A stretch of 62,978 bases of DNA, filler included, from Stramenopiles sp. TOSAG23-3 (lineage: Eukaryota), in assembly GCA_900128585.1 (NCBI GenBank). It is 8 parts of 8 records of this genome, joined end to end, with 100 filler letters (N's around TTAATTAATTAA, not from the genome) between each part and the next. Parts side by side here need not be neighbours in the genome. Positions count along the whole stretch, not along the records: positions 13,912 to 27,693 come from LT642607.1; positions 27,794 to 41,533 come from LT642608.1; 6 more parts are not named here. One strand, 5' to 3'. Positions 22,903-33,600 of this stretch are shown piece by piece. The position numbers and the translations under genes were made by a program. How positions within the stretch are numbered: position 1 is the stretch's first letter; every line of letters starts with the position of its first letter. The notes under the pieces were generated by a model. It ran no database searches. It saw only the letters and a list, made by a program, of their open reading frames with translations, and was not told where the DNA came from.

Positions 22903-24561
22903 ATGGTGGGGAAAGAGGATGTTTATAAATGCATCAATCGCCTCAACAAATGTTTAGCTTATCTTGCAATTGTACTTGAATGGACAGCTATATTTTCCAT
23001 TTTTCATTTGTACAACCGTAATAATGACAATCACTTTTCGCTGTTGACGTCTTACACTTTGGTTCCAATTTCAAAGTGTTCAACACAAAAGTATTTAATG
23101 ACGTTAAAACCTATACCGCCAAAGCTTCGGGAAAGTGCGGACGTAACTTGGGAAGATGGTTCCGGAAAATGTGATAGCGGTATTTTTTCAAGCATACTAA
23201 CAGCCCCAATTAATAAGGTAGGTGGCACCGGGCATATAGCCGTGGGCGACACAGGAATATGTAAAGAGGTTAATATAACAAAAAGCTTTGGTGTTGAATT
23301 CGAAAAAAAACATTTTGGCAACTCTGATTACCTCACCGATTACGACGAACGGATAGACGTGAAAGACAGAAAATTGGAAACTTGCTCTCGTACGAAATGT
23401 GAACCGTTAAAATTTATCACATGTCGACTGAGTAAAGAATACTATCGTTGTGCGGAGGAGGGAGAGGTTGGAAGTTGTATACTTGGATCAAGTTATTATT
23501 CTGACGAGATGGTAGAGCAGGATGCTTACAGCCCCACAATGGAGTACGGTGAGTATTTAAAACGAACAGTATGCTCAAATCTAAGCCATGCATTTGTTGT
23601 CCAAAAGCGCAATACTAGTTGGGAAATGTTGGAGAAGCTTCATTATGACAGACGTGATTATTCCACTAACTTTAACGACACAGACTATTACCATGTCGTG
23701 AGCCGCAAAGGGGCATTTCTTGCCATATCATCGCCCGCACCAGGAGACGGGGACACACATTGCATGACTAATCCCACATACGTCACTGGGACTCACTGGA
23801 TAATCGTTATCTATGTATTTGCGAAAGTGTTGGAAGTGCTGATACTATCATTTCCAGACATGCGGTGCCTAAAAGGTTACCGACTGTGTTGTTTTGCTTT
23901 GCTACTTCTTGGAGACCCAGAGAGTGACCCAGCTGATGACGACGATGGAGATAGTGATGAGTTCAATTCTTGGGGACAAATAATACTTGGCTTTTTTAAT
24001 TCCGCCACACTTTACGCCACTTGTATTTTACCCGCAAACATCATTCTTCCCGGACTTATTGAGATAAGCGATGAACATTCCGCGGTGATGGCGGGGATTG
24101 ACGATGCTTTGGCGAATGACCCAGGGTTTGTCGGCCCTGGGATTTGGCATACCGAAAGCTCGTTGTATACTCTTGTATGGAATGCTGGAAGTTGGCATAT
24201 AGTGTTTGTTCTTTGTCTCGTAATAGCACTAATTGGAGTCATTCCATTTTGTTTCAGGTGTCAAAAATCAGAATCGGAAGGTTGTCAGAAATGTGTCCAA
24301 TATTTTTCCGCTTTAGCATTCCTTCCTATATGGGCATTTTATGCCATCTTTACATTTTTGATAATCTTCGATCCAATGTACAAAATTGCGTTCGCGTTTG
24401 CTTTCCCTGTTGAATTTTCTTTCGAGTACGGTTTTCCTGTCCCTGGATTAGCCACACGTGTAGCAATATGTGCAGTGTCCGGTGCTCTTCTGAAGTATTT
24501 AATGCTCGTGCTCCGCATCTTGAATGCTGCGCTTGGCATATCTATTAAATTGACGGCTTGA
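22903..24561 (+). CDS. Hypothetical multi-pass membrane protein with a Cys-rich luminal loop
   Basis: Long ORF with one N-terminal and about five C-terminal hydrophobic helices. Lower GC than neighbours by eye. Start could be 22810 or 22903. No family recognised. Confidence 0.7.
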   Translation: MVGKEDVYKCINRLNKCLAYLAIVLEWTAIFSIFHLYNRNNDNHFSLLTSYTLVPISKCSTQKYLMTLKPIPPKLRESADVTWEDGSGKCDSGIFSSILTAPINKVGGTGHIAVGDTGICKEVNITKSFGVEFEKKHFGNSDYLTDYDERIDVKDRKLETCSRTKCEPLKFITCRLSKEYYRCAEEGEVGSCILGSSYYSDEMVEQDAYSPTMEYGEYLKRTVCSNLSHAFVVQKRNTSWEMLEKLHYDRRDYSTNFNDTDYYHVVSRKGAFLAISSPAPGDGDTHCMTNPTYVTGTHWIIVIYVFAKVLEVLILSFPDMRCLKGYRLCCFALLLLGDPESDPADDDDGDSDEFNSWGQIILGFFNSATLYATCILPANIILPGLIEISDEHSAVMAGIDDALANDPGFVGPGIWHTESSLYTLVWNAGSWHIVFVLCLVIALIGVIPFCFRCQKSESEGCQKCVQYFSALAFLPIWAFYAIFTFLIIFDPMYKIAFAFAFPVEFSFEYGFPVPGLATRVAICAVSGALLKYLMLVLRILNAALGISIKLTA

Positions 24562-24605
24562 AAGCGTGGTGGTGGGTAATTCTTATTCAGAATTTTTAAA
24601 AAAAG

Positions 24606-24637
24606 CAAGAAAATTGGCTGTTATTTAAGTAATTAAA
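24606..24637 (-). repeat. Conserved 3'-intergenic element, copy 2 (32-bp exact core, inverted)
   Basis: CAAGAAAATTGGCTGTTATTTAAGTAATTAAA is the reverse complement of the copy 1 core. Confidence 0.9.
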
Positions 24638-24898
24638 ATTAATCAAAATTTAATTCATCTAAATTCGATAATAATAAAAAATACGAAATATAATTTGTTT
24701 TTTTCATAATATAAAAATACGAAAAGTACGAAAATAGTTATGATTAAATTTAGAAGGAATTGATCATACAAACGGCAATATTGTCCGTACAGAGGAGATG
24801 CACTGCCTAGTCTGTATTATTTTTCAAACACGCCTGAGGATGAACCGCTCCCCCCCCCACACAAGGTGTTTTTAGTTTCCGTAAAATGTAGAACGCGA

Positions 24899-25792
24899 CT
24901 AAATTTCCTCCTCGAGTGTGTAGGGGTCAACATCTTCTTTGTAGTAAAATTCTTGGTTTGCTGCCGCATCAAAACTATTATACCGTTGGGTAGGCTCATT
25001 GGCGGTCTTCATTTGTTTATTTATAGCGATAGTGAAAAAGTACAAGATGTAGCCATTGCACAACACGTCTGGGATTGGATAATAGAACCATGGATATAAT
25101 ACGTCATCCACGTGCTCGCCCAGCCCTGTACCGTCTTTTGTCAGCGTGCCAAGGGTCCATAACACGACTTGCATCATGAAAAAGAAGCAAACGATGGCAC
25201 CAACGCGAAAGACGCGCTTACCGGTTTCCTTTAAGTACCCATAATTGCCCAGCCTGATCTGCAGTTGCCGCCCCATGGTCATAAACATCGCCCCAAGTAC
25301 AAAGTGGCCCACGCTCAAGACAACAACGTAACCTTCTTCCGCTCTCACTTCTGAGAACGCCCCTATGCGAAATAGGAGGTATGCAGTGTAGACGACTACG
25401 TTTCCTACCAAACAAAGAACAACCCTAGGAACTTCCGTCATGTGCTCGCTAGAGTTCTCTGCGTACATTATGATGGACCAGCTGAGCAAATAAACACTCA
25501 GAGCACTAAAATTGGCCAAATCTGCCACAGAGGAGAAAACGGAACGGTGCACTCCAGCGCTAGGGTCTGTCGCGTTCTCCGCTCGAAGCAAACACCATAT
25601 AAACCGTCCTACCATCGCAACCGTTTCAAACACGAGAAAAATGACAGGATATTTCCCCCGTTCTGCTATCCGAAACAGGCGAAATTGCAAAAGCAATAAA
25701 AATATATAGTAGAAGGCAAGGGGTATGTAGAACACGAACGCGATAAGAAACCATATGGCTGCCTTCTCGGAATCGGCTGGAGTGGGGTTCAT
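24899..25792 (-). CDS. Seven-TM membrane protein, TOM1/THH1 (DUF1084)/GPR137-like
   Basis: About seven hydrophobic helices; NFSALSVYLLSW, FMTMGRQL..L, WFYYPIPDVL resemble this family. Family assignment is tentative. Confidence 0.55.
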   Translation of the reverse strand: MNPTPADSEKAAIWFLIAFVFYIPLAFYYIFLLLLQFRLFRIAERGKYPVIFLVFETVAMVGRFIWCLLRAENATDPSAGVHRSVFSSVADLANFSALSVYLLSWSIIMYAENSSEHMTEVPRVVLCLVGNVVVYTAYLLFRIGAFSEVRAEEGYVVVLSVGHFVLGAMFMTMGRQLQIRLGNYGYLKETGKRVFRVGAIVCFFFMMQVVLWTLGTLTKDGTGLGEHVDDVLYPWFYYPIPDVLCNGYILYFFTIAINKQMKTANEPTQRYNSFDAAANQEFYYKEDVDPYTLEEEI

Positions 25793-26312
25793 CTTTTATC
25801 ACCGTTCAAAAACACTAATCCCGGCGATAGCTCCTTACTTCTTCAACAGTAAATACCTAAGTTTCACTTGTCTTTGAATGTCTATGCACGAGCTTGTTGA
25901 CTTATGTTCATTCGTTTGAATAATCCTTCGAATTCCCATATTTTATGTAATGAGTGGAACAAGTGTAAAACATTTGTGTTTAAAATTCAATTTTTTTTTG
26001 AGATATTTGGTAATAATAGATGATGAAAAAAGGAAAGAAGGAAAAAAAAGAGAAAGAAGAATGACACAGCAGGGAGTATTGTTAATCTAAAATTTCTCAA
26101 ACCAGTTCCTACTACTACCGTACTAAAAACGCGAAGTGGCGTCTATATTTTTTCACGGCTCGATTTTTTGTAAAATAATACAATATTTTGTACTTTAAGA
26201 CATCTCAAAAATCCCTATTATAATACTACCGCCGAATGGTTATTGAGATTTAAATTTTTTCTTACCGATACAGTAAAATCGTCAAAAAAGAAGAAGCAGG
26301 ACAGCAAAGACA

Positions 26313-26909
26313 TCATTCTGTTGAACCATCGAGATTTTCCTCAGCTAGTTTTGCAACACTTGCATTTTCACTCTCCAATGCTTTCTCCTGCACGAGTACC
26401 ATGTCAGAAAGAAAAGAATCCCACATTCGTTCAATATTTGTTCCCGCCTTCGATGATATTGAAAAATGTTTTGACGACATCTCTTCCGCTTGCTTTGTGC
26501 CATCCTTTTCAGATATTTTCCTCAGGTTCAATGGTACATCGATTTTAGTAGACAACAAGTAGATCGGGGTAGTCGGTAATGATCTTTTAATTTCATTGTA
26601 CCAAAATACCATGTCGTCTTTGAAGCTTTCAACCGCAGAACAGTCGTACAAAATCAAACACCCATTTATTTTCCCGTAAAACTGTTGTACAATCGGCAGG
26701 TGACGGCGGCGACCACTGCAAACAGTTATATTGACCGAAACTTTTGAACCTCCCACAATACTTTCTCGAATTCCAGATACAACTCCCAGGCTTTGCGTAT
26801 ATGGTTCATCCCCGATGTACTCGTCCGTTAGTATCCGTTCCAGGAAAGTTTTTTTCCCAACTTTCGGACCACCGAGAACTAAGATTTCAAATTTCTGTAG
26901 CGTGTCCAT
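26313..26909 (-). CDS. Divergent Rab-like small GTPase-fold protein
   Basis: Rab spacing: ILVLGGPKVGKKT, YTQSLGV, QQFYGKINGCLILYDCS..SF, STKID, RKIS..DG, SISSKAGTNI. G-boxes degenerate and no C-terminal Cys. Confidence 0.8.
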   Translation of the reverse strand: MDTLQKFEILVLGGPKVGKKTFLERILTDEYIGDEPYTQSLGVVSGIRESIVGGSKVSVNITVCSGRRRHLPIVQQFYGKINGCLILYDCSAVESFKDDMVFWYNEIKRSLPTTPIYLLSTKIDVPLNLRKISEKDGTKQAEEMSSKHFSISSKAGTNIERMWDSFLSDMVLVQEKALESENASVAKLAEENLDGSTE

Positions 26910-27793
26910 ATCTTAAAATCTAAAATCAATTTATCCTAAAAACATCCTTCAAACGGCACACGCATGTTTTGTTCTCCTTGAAATTATGTTGGAGCACTTT
27001 TACATGGGCGCACTCACAATCACAACCACAATCTATGTGTTCATATAAGTAATATTTACTTTGAAAAAAAAAATAATACTGTTATTTGTGATGATGAAGA
27101 ATAAATATATAAAAAATAATAATAAAAATAATAATATACATACATACATCATCATCATTAATATTATTATTATTATTTTTTTTTTATAAAAAAAAAAATA
27201 GAAAGAGATAAATAAATAATAAAATAAGAAGATGAGAGGAGAGGAGGAGGAACCGAACAACCGAAATAATAATATATTAAAAGTCGTCTAGTCTAATATA
27301 ACTAGACTATTATGTAGCCTACGCACACAACAGACCTTCTGTGTGTTCTGTAACGTTTTTATAATTTCTTCTTCTTTTTCAAAAAAAATATAATTGGAAT
27401 AATATACACTAAAGTAGTCGTCTATTTATAAATGTGATGACTTATATTACATTTGTACAGCATTGAAAACGACATAATAATACCTCTCCATCATCCTCGT
27501 CGTTCAAATTGTCGTTTATTTATTTAGGTGCTGTGTAAAAAAAAGGTAGGTTTCACATTCTATGAGATTTGTTTCATAATTTAACACCACCGGGAAAAAA
27601 ATAAAACAATCGATTTTATGCGTTCGTTACATATAAAATTGAACGTTCAAGATTGTGAAACGACGATTTGATTTGACGACGATTGGAGCACCANNNNNNN
27701 NNNNNNNNNNNNNNNNNNNNNNNNNNNNNNNNNNNNNTTAATTAATTAANNNNNNNNNNNNNNNNNNNNNNNNNNNNNNNNNNNNNNNNNNNN

Positions 27794-27795
27794 GA

Positions 27796-27870
<75 letters not shown>
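27794..27870 (+). repeat. (GAAA)n microsatellite at contig start
   Basis: Read directly; similar arrays at 36951-36992, 41634-41720 and 48133-48200 (as TTTC). Confidence 0.95.
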
Positions 27871-27872
<2 letters not shown>

Positions 27873-28250
27873 TTATTATTTTTTATTTTTAAATATTAAA
27901 ATACATAAGTACAGCATAGATTCGTACGCAAGAAGAGAAGAAAGAAAACAAAAAAATCTTCATCTATCGTCAATCTCACATTCTCCCTCCTCTCTCCCTG
28001 CTAAATATTATAATATATAATAACGAACTTTTTTTTTATGATGAATTTGTTTTCAAAAAAAAAACAACAAAAACGATTATAGATATAGATAAAAAACGAT
28101 AGACTAAAAGCAAAGGAAGAAATCTAGAATAATGATTAAAGAAAGAACGAAAGAACGAACGAAAGAAAGACGGGAAAACGTTACAAAGCCTTCACTCATC
28201 AAGGCACATACCACACACGCCGCCACGCCTTGCATCTTTCGTTCGTCGCC

Positions 28251-30383
28251 ATGCCATTTGAAGCGTTCTACCATGTCGCCACGTCGAAAAAGTCGCTGCT
28301 CTCGCCCCAGAAGAAAAACAGGAATTTTCCCCGGGGGGATTCCGAGGAGTACGTTGCCAAGCGTATGCGTGACCGAAAAGCCGCGATGTCAGAGGGCAGC
28401 GTGACTTTCTCTGTTCTCCTAAAGACATTTTTTTTGTTTGAACTCCCCCCAATGTTTATTGGGTTTCTTCTCTGCTGGGCGGTCGAAGGGTACACTTCCG
28501 CGAGCTCACGAACGCTTTCCCCGCCGTCGCTGCGGCCGGGGGGGCTGTTGGCCTGGGTGTTTTTCAATTTTTTAATATCCCTCTCCTACATTGCAGTAGT
28601 GATGGGCTTTGCCCTTAAGTCCGGCGACGAGACCGAGTGGTCTATCGTCTTGCCTCTTCAAATTTGCGTCTACTACATCCTTTGGAAGTTCACCCTTGCT
28701 GCAAAGCATAGCTTGTCGTCCACACTGGACCATTCGGGATTGTACGGGCTGGACTCCGTTCGGTATGTCCAGGCTAGGAGGCTGGAAAGGAACCAGTTCT
28801 CGTGCTGGATACAGAACAACGGTTCGAACCAGCCTGGGGCCGTGTTGGAGGAACTGTACACTGCAAGCCTGCGAGCGGACTGCGATTTGAGCAAGCTTCA
28901 ATTTGACGTTGGGAGCGAGACGATCGCCCGGAAAATTGTGAAGCATGTTGTGCGGTGGAAACTGAAAGCGGCCACATCGCTCATCTTCAATGGGGCAGCT
29001 TCGGAAATTCCTGAATGGCACCCTCGCCACCCTGCCCACCCTAACATGCGCTTGCTGGAAAAGTACATGGCCGACCACGCGGGGGAAGGAAAGGAAGTGG
29101 CACCGGTCGTCGAGGCAATCAAGGAGGGCAGCGGCAACGGAGCACCGTCGCCATACACTGTCCCGAAAGAACAGGCTGTTAGCATGGACATCGTCGCGGA
29201 AAACCGGCTGCCGACGTTGTCTGTATCAAAGTACGCTGAAGACGACGATTTCTGCCTGTTTCGACAGTATTTTAGGGAAACCAATGATCCTGAGGGGCAT
29301 CTTGTGGAAACCATGGTGAAGGATGGAAAGGTGCCCGCAACGTATATTTGTTTTCTCGTCGGGGTGGAAAATTGGAAAGCAACGAAAGACGGGCTCTTCA
29401 TGGGAGTGTTTATGTTCAGTTCGCTGTTCATGGCATTTCTCCCCTCCATTTGTCGAGCCATCTTTCGAGAGGACCACCTCGCCTTTGGCCGCACACAGAA
29501 TGCGCGTCTTGTGTTTGGCTTTGGGCTGCTCGGGTCGTTCTTCCCTATCATGCTGCTCTTTGGTTACTTGTTGAACTGCACCAAGGAGATGTACTTCCGA
29601 CTTTCTGCATCAAGGTTTATGAAAAATATGCTTCTGCCGGAAGGAGCGTCGGTCGACGATACGCAGCTCTACGTGGCCGCCACCTCGCCCAAGGCAAAGA
29701 AGGGGGTGACGACTGGGCCGGGCAGCCACTCTTCGCCAGGAATCAATATTCACATTTCGTTGAAGCGCCAGTGCAACATTGTGGCATGGGGGGCAACGCG
29801 CGAGCTGATGCATGGGGCAGCGTTCTGCCCATTTATGCATTCGAAAACCCAGGCATATGTGGCATGCAGCTTTGCGGCTGCAATATTGGTGACCAGTGTC
29901 TCGTCGGTTGGAGCAGCAATCCTTGGGGGTGACACAGGGGGCGTGCAAGTTGCTTTGCCAGCAGTGATCAATTCCATTTTTTTCTCCCTTGCCCTCGGGG
30001 TTTACGTTTTGACGGCCTACAGTGTAAATTTTTCAACCCGGTACCAACGGCAGGAGATTGCAAAGGCCCGCCTTGCCGTGCTGTCCGAAATTGGTGAGTT
30101 GGAAAGGGAGCTGGACCTCAAGGTTGCACAGGATACAGGGGGGCTAGATAGCAAGGCGTTGCAGCGGCTAAGAACAAAGGTGAAGGAAATGAACAACTGT
30201 TCCATTATCCTCCAAGTGGTGGACAAGCAGACGACAGTGAGCGACCATGCAAACCCAGTGAAGGCAATGGGACTCGTTGCTGACCCTGCGGTTCTGTCCA
30301 TCATGGTGTCCATCCTTGCCGCGTCTGTATGGATTGAAATTCAGAAAGTCAGTGGAAGCTTTGGGGCAGGCAGCGGGGTGTAA
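28251..30383 (+). CDS. Hypothetical multi-pass membrane protein
   Basis: About 710 aa from ATG 28251, roughly 8 hydrophobic segments in groups, with a short coiled-coil before the last helix. No family recognised. Confidence 0.75.
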   Translation: MPFEAFYHVATSKKSLLSPQKKNRNFPRGDSEEYVAKRMRDRKAAMSEGSVTFSVLLKTFFLFELPPMFIGFLLCWAVEGYTSASSRTLSPPSLRPGGLLAWVFFNFLISLSYIAVVMGFALKSGDETEWSIVLPLQICVYYILWKFTLAAKHSLSSTLDHSGLYGLDSVRYVQARRLERNQFSCWIQNNGSNQPGAVLEELYTASLRADCDLSKLQFDVGSETIARKIVKHVVRWKLKAATSLIFNGAASEIPEWHPRHPAHPNMRLLEKYMADHAGEGKEVAPVVEAIKEGSGNGAPSPYTVPKEQAVSMDIVAENRLPTLSVSKYAEDDDFCLFRQYFRETNDPEGHLVETMVKDGKVPATYICFLVGVENWKATKDGLFMGVFMFSSLFMAFLPSICRAIFREDHLAFGRTQNARLVFGFGLLGSFFPIMLLFGYLLNCTKEMYFRLSASRFMKNMLLPEGASVDDTQLYVAATSPKAKKGVTTGPGSHSSPGINIHISLKRQCNIVAWGATRELMHGAAFCPFMHSKTQAYVACSFAAAILVTSVSSVGAAILGGDTGGVQVALPAVINSIFFSLALGVYVLTAYSVNFSTRYQRQEIAKARLAVLSEIGELERELDLKVAQDTGGLDSKALQRLRTKVKEMNNCSIILQVVDKQTTVSDHANPVKAMGLVADPAVLSIMVSILAASVWIEIQKVSGSFGAGSGV

Positions 30384-30515
30384 GAGTCGTGTGCAAGATT
30401 TCTTAAACACCATTTTTTATGGAGCCTCTTGCTCCGTCCTAACTGCAAGGCGTGGAATATTATGTTCTAAAGAAGCTAAAAGAGGTCACGTTATTAAAAG
30501 AAATATCATACGAAA

Positions 30516-30574
30516 GTACGAGGAAGCTAAATTTAATTACTTAAATAAACAAGAAAACAACCAATTTTCTTGTT
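30516..30574 (+). repeat. Conserved 3'-intergenic element, copy 3 (full, with a 9-nt insertion forming a hairpin)
   Basis: GTACGAGGAAGCTAAATTTAATTACTTAAATAA-ACAAGAAAA-CAACCAATTTTCTTGTT; AACAAGAAAA pairs with TTTTCTTGTT. Confidence 0.88.
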
Positions 30575-30673
30575 TTTAAAATAACGCGTAATAGCTAATG
30601 ATATAAAAAAACTGGTACCACTGGTGTAAATGACTGTGTGTGGTATTTCCCCAATTAATTTAAAACTTAATCT

Positions 30674-33600
30674 TCAAGTGCTGACACTTCCCCTTGATTG
30701 CTTCTTCACAAACAGTGGATTGTGACTCATTGTCGCTTGGTCTTCATCAAGAAACTCGCCCAATGTAGTGCCTACTTCCTTCGCGTCTGCAACTGTTCCT
30801 TGGTCCTCCGTTTCATCGAACGGCAACGGAATTCCGTGCTCCTTCAACAGCAGCACCAATGCTCTATTTTTCTGGGCAAGTGTCTTGGTGCTTGCAGGGG
30901 GCAAGCCGTCGCTCTCCTCCCCCACGTCTACTTTCAGCGGATCAAGCTTCACGGACATCCGTCGAACCAGGGTGTCGGTCATGCTGGAGTGGTCCCCGCT
31001 TGCCCCCGCCATGATTTTACAAAACTCGGGGAACGTCAGCTCTTCCTCGCCTGTTTCGCTAGCATTGCGAATCATGCTCTTGACCCTAAGATTTGATACC
31101 TGAAGCCCTTGCATTCTCAAAAGGACGGACAACTCGTTGTGGTCGATGGTGCCTCCCTTGTCTGCATCAATCACGTCGAATATGTGCCTCAAATCCTTCA
31201 AGTTTATTCCCTCCAGTGCATCAAGTTCTCGCTGTTTTCGATTAATTTTTCCCTTGCACTTGCCAAGCTTGTCCTCCAGCTTCTGCTCGATGGCATATTC
31301 CCTGACCAAGTGCCCCACCAAGTACATGAAGCAGGCCACATTCAGACTAATTATCACGGCTTGGATTGCTTGGATCTTCCACTGCTTGTCGGCAACGTCT
31401 GGGTCGTTGAACAATTGATACATGAGGAGTCCGCCCCACATCGTAAACCATCCCACCGATAGCGCGAAAGACTCCATGATATGGAGGGGGCCCTTTGCGC
31501 TTTCGTACGGAACAAAGTACAAATGCAAAACTAGGAAGAGGAATAGGGTAAACAAGGCCAGGTGAGTCTGCATTTCTACGGGCGCCATACGCCCCAGTAA
31601 CCCAATAAAAATAATGCAGACTTTACGAAAGCACACGATGGCCTCCCACCAAAACCGTTCCAGGCGATAGCCATGGTGGAGAAGCCCAAACCGAAACCCA
31701 ATGTTTGGCTGGGAGAGCTCGGCGCGGTGCCGGTACATCATAACGCATGCCAAGGCGGGCAGCCCAAAAACCCAAACCACCAACTGCCCCACACCAAGGC
31801 TAAGGACCATGGTCAAGTGCCTCCCCACAAAACATTGCTCTTGCAAATCAGCGTCCAGGTATGCGTGCCTTCCAACTCTTCTGCATGCAAACAGAGAGAT
31901 GGTTTTGTTGCAAATCGTTGGGTACATCAAGAACAGGGTTACTACGTTGGTAAGGACGACATGGTCGACCACGTTGAACTTCTGCGCGGCCCCCAGCTTG
32001 TCGGTTAGCTTGAGCCCTTTGGCTCGCGCCGCTACAAACCAGAGAAAAGAAAAAAACAATGGGACGACAATGGGCAACATGGCGTAGAACGTCAAGACTT
32101 TGTAAAAGTCCCCTGCCTTGTCCTGTGAGGAAAACTCGCAATCCGGACTTGCAAACTCGCTGATGTTTCCAACGACGGATTGCCACTGAAACATTTGGAG
32201 CAATGCTTCTGGCCACCGCAGGGAAAAATTGGCGGCTAGGGCGCTGACACTCATCCAGTTCAAAAGGATCTTCTTCACCGCGTCGGATATTCCTTCTTTC
32301 CCCCCACTCTTCACAATCATGGCCACCATGCCCATGACGACCAAGAACATCAGGAAGAACATCAACGCCAAAAACACTTGTGTGGTGCCCCGGTCGGGGC
32401 ATTTGCTACAGCGTTTGCTTGCTTTCAGTGTGTACCCTAGCCTGCACGAAGCACAGAGCCGGCAAGGCTTCCCGCCCACCCCTGAACTGAAGCAGTTCCC
32501 GTTCGTTTCGTGGCCCAGCCAATGGTTGCACGATTCGTTTCTGGGAATCGTGGCCAGATCCTCCCCCTCTTTGAATTCATCTTGTGATTTTGCAAACTCT
32601 GCATCTATGAACATCGTCCCTTCCAGTGCAGGGTTCGGCTGACCCAAGCATGCTGCTTTGAAGTCGCATCGAGCAAAATGGATGGTGTGTGGAGTGCGCC
32701 AGTACCCGTACATATTTCTAACGCCAGATTCCCAAATTCGACCTCCCTTTGCGCGGCAGTCGCCCCCTGGAGGGCACCGTGCACATTCCCAGCTGTCGAT
32801 GCCTTTCTTCGTGCCCTGCCCGTGCCCGGAAGGGTGTGCATTCTGCACTGGCACTAGGGTCTGCAAGTATTTCAGCCCACCTTTGCAGTCGTCCGTAGTC
32901 GACCATGGTAGAGTAGTTGCAGTGCCGTCGTTCATCACTTGCAGGCCTTTCTCTTCTGTAAACGATTTTAGTCGAAAGTACGTCACCTGGTTATGCGGAT
33001 GGGCAAGGAGGCAAAACGTGCCGTTGCTGCAGCTTGCTGGGATCGCCAATTCCGTGGCACTTGCCGCCACTGCCTTGGAACGGACAAGGCGTTTGTCCAG
33101 GAAGTTGTTTTCTGTGGACCACTCAACGATGTGCCCCAACACATTCTTTGCGTTGTTGACCTTGTTCGTCCACTTGAAAATTATACCATCAATTGCAACA
33201 TCATATTCCCTGCCCAACGAGGAAACGTCCGGAGGATCTGGCCCAACCCCATCGTACGCAATGCAGTTCACAAATGGTGGGAGGAATTCGCCCGTTGCAC
33301 CCGCATTGTACGTCCCAGAACTAGAGTTTAGCTCGCCAACACTGATCGGGGTCAAAGACGAGCAGCGGCGACAGGCGGTTCGCCCTGGAGCTGGCTCGTA
33401 ATAAGATGGTGCGCACAAATCGCACTCGGTCTTTCCCTTTCCGGGTTGAACTGTCCCTGGGCGACAGAGCTGGCATTCACACTCCACCCGGCTCCCTTGG
33501 ACGCGGGGGTCCATGAATGTCCCTGGCCTGCAGCGCATGCAAGCCGCCTGTCCTTCCGTAGGCTGGTACTGCCCAGCTGTGCACATAGGACATATCTCCT

